The position numbers were made by a program, and so were the translations under genes. A stretch of 64,000 nucleotides of DNA from Octopus sinensis (taxonomy: Eukaryota). Of this stretch, positions 57,163 through 64,000 are shown in pieces (the first letter of the stretch is position 1; each line of letters opens with the position of its first letter). The notes beneath the pieces are model-generated. The model did not search any database, was not told the origin of the DNA, and saw only the letters and a program-made list of their open reading frames with translations. The stretch is taken from the NCBI RefSeq assembly GCF_006345805.1, contig NC_043021.1, positions 9,300,001-9,364,000 of the forward strand, written 5' to 3'.

Positions 57163-57850
57163 CTTTTGAGGTTCCATTCTTATTATCAGCCGATTTGTCT
57201 GTAGACTTGGCACCACTGACTGTTGCCGTGGTTACTTTATTGTCCTTATTATCAATCGTGTCTGCAAACATATCCAACATGCTGTTGCTATCTTCTGTTG
57301 TTGTCTTTCCTGTCAACATGCCACCAACGCCAGCTGACGTAGCAGAGTCTTTCTTCAGAATATAGTTCAGTTTCTCAAAGGTCATCTCGTACACCTCCAT
57401 CTGACCGGTGGAGAGCAGATGGTCAGCGTAACCGGTCAACTCCAGCATTTTCTCTTTGTTCTCCTCTTCCAGTTGCTGCTGTTGCTGTTGGATCTTCTTA
57501 CTTTCTTCCCCAACATCTTCTGGCGTCTCCTTTTCCTTCTCCTCGCCTTCGCTCTTTTTCCTCCCCATCTTTGTTTTCCACCGGTTCGCAGCGGAAGCCT
57601 TCTGCCGGCTCTTTACCCCTCCGCCCAGGCGCCGTATCGCTCTCAGCACAGTTTCGCCCGGCAACATCAGCTTCACCATCTTCTCATAGATTGAATTACT
57701 TTCGACGCCACCCCCAAATTCATACTCGTCGTCATCCTCATCATCGTCGTCATCATCGTCATAACTCTTCCTTGCAGACGAATTCTGCTTACTTGTGTGT
57801 TTCACATATTGCCAGTCAATGTTGTCAATCCAGTTGTCACGGATCTCATC
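57163..57850 (-). CDS. CD2BP2: CD2BP2 coding exon 3 (DEIRDNWIDNIDW...LPGETVLRAIRRLGG...YEMTFEKL...)
   Basis: TTCCAG acceptor, G|GTAAGG donor; IRD.W.DNIDW, PGETV..A.RRLG and VYE.T.EKL motifs. Confidence 0.93.
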
Positions 57851-58264
57851 CTGGAAATAAAATTAAAGAAATTAGTTTTTAGACAAAAACAACAAATGCG
57901 TAGGAGTGGCTGTGTGGTAGCCAGGGGTTGGTTAACCTTTTCAGTTACCACCTCGGTAGTAAGATCAGGCTGGAGAAGAGGTGTCTGTCACGAGATATGT
58001 TTGCGAAAAGATGGAAGTCTGTAGCATGCAAGCTAGGTATATCTGGCACCAGGTAAGTGTGGCCGGATCAAGAAGTAAAGGTTCTACTCAGATGGCTGGG
58101 ATCCATGCCCTACTGTATAATACCAAATTTTAAAAACTTTTTATTGTAAATATTATATATATTTTATTGTAATCACCAATGTTTTAAGCTACTACACCCT
58201 ATATGTTTGTCTGTATTTGTATGTCCCCTCTATGTAACGCCTTAATGGCGAATCTTTCATGAAA

Positions 58265-58860
58265 TAAAGTAGCTTGCTCACAAACCACATGGTTCCGGGT
58301 TCAGTCCCACTGCGTGGCACCTTGGGCAAGTGCCTTCTACTATAGCCTCGGGCCGACCCAAAGCCTTGTGAGTGGATTTGGTAGACGGAAACTGAAAGAA
58401 GCCTGCCGTATATATGTATATATATATGTATGTGTTTGTGTGGCACATGTGTGGCAGGTGGCACGTAAAAAGCACCCACTACACTCACGGAGTGGTTGGC
58501 GTTAGGAAGGGCATCCAGCTGTAGAAACATTGCCAGATAAGACCGGAGCCTGGTGCAGCCTTCTGGCTTCCCAGATCCCCGGTCGAACCGTCCAACCCAT
58601 GCTAGCATGGAGAACGGACGTTAAACGATGATGATGATGATGTGTATATGTTTGTGTGTCTGTGTTTGTCCCCCCAACATCGCTTGACAACCGATGCTGG
58701 TGTGCTTACGTCCCCGTTAACTTAGCAGTTCGGCAAAAGAGACCGATAGAATAAGTACTAGGCTTACAAAGAACAAGTCCCGGTGTCAATTTGCTCGACT
58801 AAAAGGTGGTGCTCCAGCATGGCCACAGTCAAATGACTGAAACAGGTAAAAAAGAGTAAT
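58265..58860 (+). mobile_element. SINE A with family C nested at about 58455-58640
   Basis: A head and core, then C, then A tail. Confidence 0.85.
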
Positions 58861-59489
58861 CCAGGCCAAAATGTCAGAGGTCAGTAATAAAATGGCTGAG
58901 CATCAAACAAAACATTTCATACCATATGATTACATCACTTCATGCCCCGAGTTCACATCTCCATATAATCTGCCTGTCACAAGATTTGGATCTTTACAGT
59001 TTGACCGACAGATTTAGAAAATAATTTTTTGTAACTAAGCACTTTCAAAGTTTGTATACTGGTAGAATGTGTCATATAAAACATCTTAGCATTTTTGTGC
59101 AAAGTTTATATTTATAAAGTTATTTCACGTTAAAGTTGTAGTATTTCGGTAATTTCAACCAATCAATGATGTGTATGCAGCTGAATAAAATTACTGCCGT
59201 TGTTTGTCAACAACAACTTCTGGTAGTATATACTTCTTATGACATATTTAATCTGAGTTACGTTTGTATGAATAAATGAGTGTATCTGAAGCATGTTTAC
59301 TTCATCACACCACCATAATCGTTTGTGCATTTCTACTGCTTTTAGTTCCCCACCCCTGTTTTTCAGCTACTATTTTTGCCGTCCACACTACCTCATTTTT
59401 TTCCGTAACTCTAACCCTAAAACCCCAACACCTTAAAGCTAAAACCAGTACAAATGCATGAATGATGTCATAAATAACAGTGACAAACG

Positions 59490-59869
59490 AAATATACATA
59501 CATATATACATATGTGTACATACATATATACATATGTGTACATACATATATACATATGTGTACATACATATATACATATGTGTACATACATATATACATA
59601 TGTGTACATACATATATACATATGTGTACATACATATATACATATGTGTACATACATATATACATGTGTACATACATATATATATGTGTACATACATATA
59701 TAGATGTGTACATACATATATAGATGTGTACATACATATATAGATGTGTACATACATATATAGATGTGTACATACACATACAGATGTGTACACACACATA
59801 CAGATGTGTACACACACATACAGATGTGTACACACACATACAGATGTGTACACACACATACAGATGTGT

Positions 59870-59900
<31 letters not shown>

Positions 59901-59935
59901 CATACACACATATACAGATGTGTACATACATACAA
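59490..59935. repeat. 22-bp minisatellite (catatgtgtacatacatatata and variants)
   Basis: Direct reading. Confidence 0.92.
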
Positions 59936-59987
59936 GTAATAGACCTAGTCATGTCGTTAAGAGGAGAGGTAGAAAGAATAGACTCAC

Positions 59988-60106
59988 CTGTTTGTCAAAG
60001 ATGTACGTCCCCTGTTTGTCAAAGTGGCCAGTCTCCAGCTCCTCCTTCATGTTGAAAGGGGTTATCTTTATACCTTCATCATAATCTATTGTGGCATCTT
60101 CTTGTC
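59988..60106 (-). CDS. CD2BP2: CD2BP2 coding exon 2 (GQEDATIDYDEGIKITPFNMKEELETGHFDKQGTYIFDKQ)
   Basis: CAG acceptor, GTGAGT donor; ITPFN..EE.E.GHFD..G.Y is the conserved CD2BP2 motif. Confidence 0.95.
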
Positions 60107-60351
60107 CTGTGTTCAAAAAAGGAAGGTGTGTATATATCATCATCATAATCATCATCGTTTAAAATTCATTTTTCCTTGCTGCCATGGGTTGGATGGTTCA
60201 ACAGGAGCTAGCAGGCAAAAAGACTGCACCAGGCTTCACTGTCTGTTTGAAACCCGGTGCAGTCTTCTGACGTGGTGGCTCCCATCCAACTGTCCAACCC
60301 ATGCCAGCATGGAAAACGGACGTTAAACATACATACATACATATATATGTG

Positions 60352-60651
60352 TGGAGGCGCAATGGCCCAGTGGTTAGGGCAGCGGACTCACGGTCGGAGG
60401 ATCGCAGTTTCGATTCCCAGACCGGGCGTTGCGTGTGTTTATTGAGCGAAAACACCTAAAGCTCCACAAGGCTCCAGCAGGGGATGGTGGTGACCCCTGT
60501 TGTACCCTTTCGCTCCAGCTTTCTCTCACTTTCTTCTGTTGGCCTGCTCGCTTAGCCAACGGGGTGGCATCATTTGAAGGCTAAAACAATGCGAAGCGCA
60601 TTGTGACCAGCGATGTGTAGCAACATCTGATAGCCTGGTCGGTCACGTGAT

Positions 60652-60660
<9 letters not shown>
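60352..60660 (+). mobile_element. SINE family D variant
   Basis: Head gtggaggcgcaatggcccagtggttagggcagcgg. Confidence 0.82.
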
Positions 60661-60689
<29 letters not shown>

Positions 60690-60897
60690 ATATATTACAA
60701 ACACATATTCATACACACAAACATGTCGATACATCTTCATATACCCATATGCCTATTCACGCATGTATGTATATACATATAGACACAAATATAAACACAC
60801 TTTTCCATTTTGCATTGTAGAGCACATCAGTCTGTCCTTGGAGAGTTTCAGATGCCAATACTCCTTTCTAAGGGCCCCTTGCTCAACCCTCCTCTAG

Positions 60898-61107
60898 CAT
60901 AGTCGTGCTAGCTAGCTAGTCTTGACTAGTCGATCCTACAACGACTACATAGCAAAGTAAATAAAACAAAAAAATTTTTTTTACACAAAGTAAATAGTTT
61001 TTTTTAAAACAAAGTAAATAAAACACAAAAACACAAAGTAGGGATCGACTAGTCACGACTAGCTAGCGCGGATGCGCGCACTGGGACCACTCTACGTAAA
61101 TAGTACC
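60898..61107 (+). mobile_element. GGTAC-ended MITE, left end truncated
   Basis: Same body and right TIR as 62760-63026. Confidence 0.75.
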
Positions 61108-62511
61108 GGGAAATGAATTAAAATGTTACAGAAACAAAAGTTTCGGATTTTGTGAAATTTCTTTCAACTACTTAAAGTATTTCGAATATTCTCTGGGATT
61201 CTTTTAAAATATTTTCTACATGCATTTTCGAAAAGCATTTAAAATTACGTGACAGTATTATTAACAAATTCTAGAAAACGAAAACAAAAATTGAGGTGAT
61301 TTTCGTCGTGTTTAATATCTACATGCAGAAACTACAACAGAGTAGAGAATTTTAAAAAAGCCTTAAGTGGTTGGAGACAATTTTAACAAGATCAGAAGTT
61401 CGATATAACATCCAAGGAAAAAAAACTGCAAAATAGCTGACCGAAGCGAAATAGCGCTACATTCAAATATCTCATTGTTGCAAACTAATTGTTTTGCTTG
61501 CAAATTTTAAGTGGAACTGGCGGAATCGTTACAGCGCCGGGTTAAATACTTAGCGGCATTTCGTCAGTCTTTACGTTCTGAGTTCAAATTCCGCCGAGGT
61601 AGACTTTGTCTTTTAATCCTTTCCAGGTCGATAAAATCGATAAAATCGACAAAATCAAAACATTTGACTTCGGGTATTTCCGTCTGTTGTGGAGTATAGA
61701 TATAACGAAATTATGCCAGCAATGTCTCCTTTTTAAACTTGAAGAAAAAAAAAAAGCCTTGCATATTTGTTCTTACCCGTTTCATGTGTGTATGTAAAAT
61801 CCGCAAATTTCCAAGGAGAAAACAAGAATCGAACTGTCATTTGCTTCCACGGAAATACCCGAAGTGAAGTGCTTTGATTTTGTCGAGTTATATCGAAAGA
61901 ATGCCAAATATTGAAAACCTCAACACATGTATAACGCCAAAAAAAAAAAAAACATGAGGAGGGTTATCTTGGGATATGCTAGAAACAACAGCCAAATACT
62001 ATCATTTGCTTCCACGGAATTACCCGAAGTGAAGTGCTTTGATTTTGTCGAGTTATATCGAAAGAATGCCATAAAATAACTAACTACCAGTTGAGCACTG
62101 GGGATCGATTATTCGACTTTCCCCGTCTTCCGAAATTGCTGGCCATGTGCTATAAACTCTTACATTTTTACTACTATATTTACAACCAACGAGAGAGAGA
62201 CAGTTTATACGTTTTCTCGTGTAGGAGTAAACTGTACGAAAATACTATGAGATTGATACGTGAAACAACCAAAACATCAAAGACTAATAAAAATGTTATT
62301 TCAAGAATAACTTCAACTTTTTTGCGTCGAAATCTTTTGTTGTTCGAAAATGTGTGAAGGTGTTTTTAATTAATGTTAAATCGCTTTCGCTTTGCATCGA
62401 AGGTCAAGGCCGTTTTGCAAACGTGCGTGTTCAGCCACATTACTTATATGTGTGTGTGTATCTGTTGCTCTCACTCTCTCTTTATATACATACATACATA
62501 TATATATAATA

Positions 62512-62553
<42 letters not shown>

Positions 62554-62590
62554 GAATGGAGCTGAACGACGAATTAACAAATTTACTTTA

Positions 62591-62671
62591 TTTTCTACAT
62601 GTTTCGAAGGCTGCGTATTCCTAATTGCGAAGGAATAAGGAGTACATTATGCCGCTTTCTCATCAGGAAAA
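62591..62671 (-). ncRNA. Type I hammerhead ribozyme motif with palindromic stem III, unrelated sequence family
   Basis: Minus strand: ttttc-CTGATGA-gaaagcggc...tattcct(tcgcaatt)aggaata...gcagccttc-GAAAC-AT-GTA-gaaaa. Stem I ttttc/gaaaa, G10.1-C11.1 pair, GUA cleavage triplet, ACATGT palindrome. Confidence 0.7.
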
Positions 62672-62759
62672 GCAAGGAACTTATGTCAACATCAAAATGC
62701 ACAAAAAACTTTTAGATGATTGCTCACACGGAGCCCATAGCGATATATAAATATATATA

Positions 62760-63026
62760 GGTACTATTTAAGAAGAGTGGACCCGGTGCGCGCACTCGCG
62801 CTAGCTAGTCGTGACTAGTCGATCCTACGGACTACCTAGCAAAGTAAATAAAACACGAAATAGTTTTTTTTTACACAAACTAAACAATTTTTCTTAAACA
62901 AAGTAAATAATCTTTTAAAACAAAATAAATAAAACACAAAAACACGAAGAAAGGATCGAATAGTCACGTCTAGCTAGCGCGGATGCGCGACTACGCGCAC
63001 CGGGACCACTTTTGTTAAATAGTACC
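62760..63026 (+). mobile_element. GGTAC-ended MITE with long CpG-rich TIRs
   Basis: ggtactatttaagaagagtggacccggtgcgcg... / ...cgcgcaccgggaccacttttgttaaatagtacc, inserted in (AT)n. Confidence 0.85.
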
Positions 63027-63112
63027 ATATATATATATATATAACACACACATATATATAAATATATAGTAAAGCAAATAAAAAGGGCTAGCAGCAGGCT
63101 ATACATACACAC

Positions 63113-63145
<33 letters not shown>

Positions 63146-63328
63146 TATATCTATCACACACATATATATATATATACACACACACACACATATATATATA
63201 CACACACACATATATATATACACACACCACACATATATATATACACACACACACACCACCATATATATACACACACACACCACATATATATACACACACA
63301 CACACACATATATATACACCACACACAC

Positions 63329-63363
<35 letters not shown>

Positions 63364-63430
63364 TATATATACACACACACACATATATATATATACACAC
63401 ACACACATATATATATATACACACACACAC

Positions 63431-63461
<31 letters not shown>

Positions 63462-63476
63462 TATATATATACATAT

Positions 63477-63523
<47 letters not shown>

Positions 63524-63550
63524 TATATACACACATACACACACACACGT
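63027..63550. repeat. (CA)/(TA) compound microsatellite
   Basis: Direct reading. Confidence 0.95.
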
Positions 63551-63566
63551 ATTGTGTTATTCTTAC

Positions 63567-63795
63567 CTTCTATGTCATCTTCGTCTAACGCTTCGCCTTC
63601 TGCCTGGTCTTCCTCGTCGCTGTCCAACGAATGCTTCTCCTTAAACCTCCGGCTACTCGCCTCCTTCGACGCCACCACGCCGTCGTCGCATTCCTGTGCC
63701 GTCTCCAGGCACATCCTCTTCGGCGCTCCGGCGAGGATCTCTCCATCACCGTCCACCAGTTTCCTCCTCATCGTTTTGTGCGCGCTCGAAGCCAT
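63567..63795 (-). CDS. CD2BP2: CD2BP2 (U5 snRNP 52K / Lin1) coding exon 1
   Basis: ATG at 63795-63793; KHSLDSDEE motif; donor G|GTAAGA at 63566. Confidence 0.92.
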
Positions 63796-63814
63796 GTTTA
63801 TCGAAACGTCTGCG

Positions 63815-63822
63815 TGACGTCA
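63815..63822. promoter_or_regulatory. Palindromic CRE (TGACGTCA) 20 bp upstream of the CD2BP2 ATG
   Basis: Perfect CREB/ATF consensus in a CpG-rich context. Confidence 0.5.
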
Positions 63823-64000
63823 CACGTCGGAATCCGCGAGAGTAGGCACACGCCGACGACCACTGTCACACAACGGGCCATCACTCGGCTTACAGGTTGC
63901 CTGCCTGCCTGGCTTTCGCTCTGACCCAATTGTTGGTGGCGTCGCTGCCGTTGCTGCTGCTGCTGCAACACCACCACTACTACTACTACTACTACCTTTT

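Noticed and set aside
59305-60084. Many long Y/I/C/V/H/T-rich ORFs (also 14713-14981, 55345-55802, 62915-63548)
   Set aside because: Stop-free frames of (TA)/(CA)/(TG) microsatellites.

Overview
AT-rich, microsatellite- and SINE-dense animal genomic DNA. The repeat families and overall texture look like a coleoid cephalopod, most likely Octopus (inference). Three protein-coding genes are well supported. (1) A full-length Furry/FRY homolog encoded by a single uninterrupted 8.87-kb ORF (22867-31737, +), unusual because animal fry genes normally have dozens of coding exons. (2) LENG1, 7 coding exons (36202-45224, +, 260 aa). (3) CD2BP2/U5-52K, 4 coding exons (63795-53799, -, 412 aa, C-terminal GYF domain). 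All LENG1 and CD2BP2 exons were joined by hand through GT-AG sites with consistent phases. An acidic orphan ORF sits at 4902-5555. The rest is layered mobile DNA: several tRNA-derived SINE families (labelled A-F here, my own labels), fragments of CR1-group, RTE and RLE-type LINEs, hAT and mariner fossils, piggyBac-type and GG-ended MITEs, long foldbacks, and tandem or segmental duplications. The most interesting signal is a set of Penelope-type minimal hammerhead ribozyme motifs. One is carried inside a tRNA-headed SINE-like family (3137-3182, 46955-46999, plus a decayed copy), and an unrelated one lies sense to CD2BP2 in intron 1 (62591-62671). Repeat boundaries are approximate unless TSDs or TIRs are quoted.
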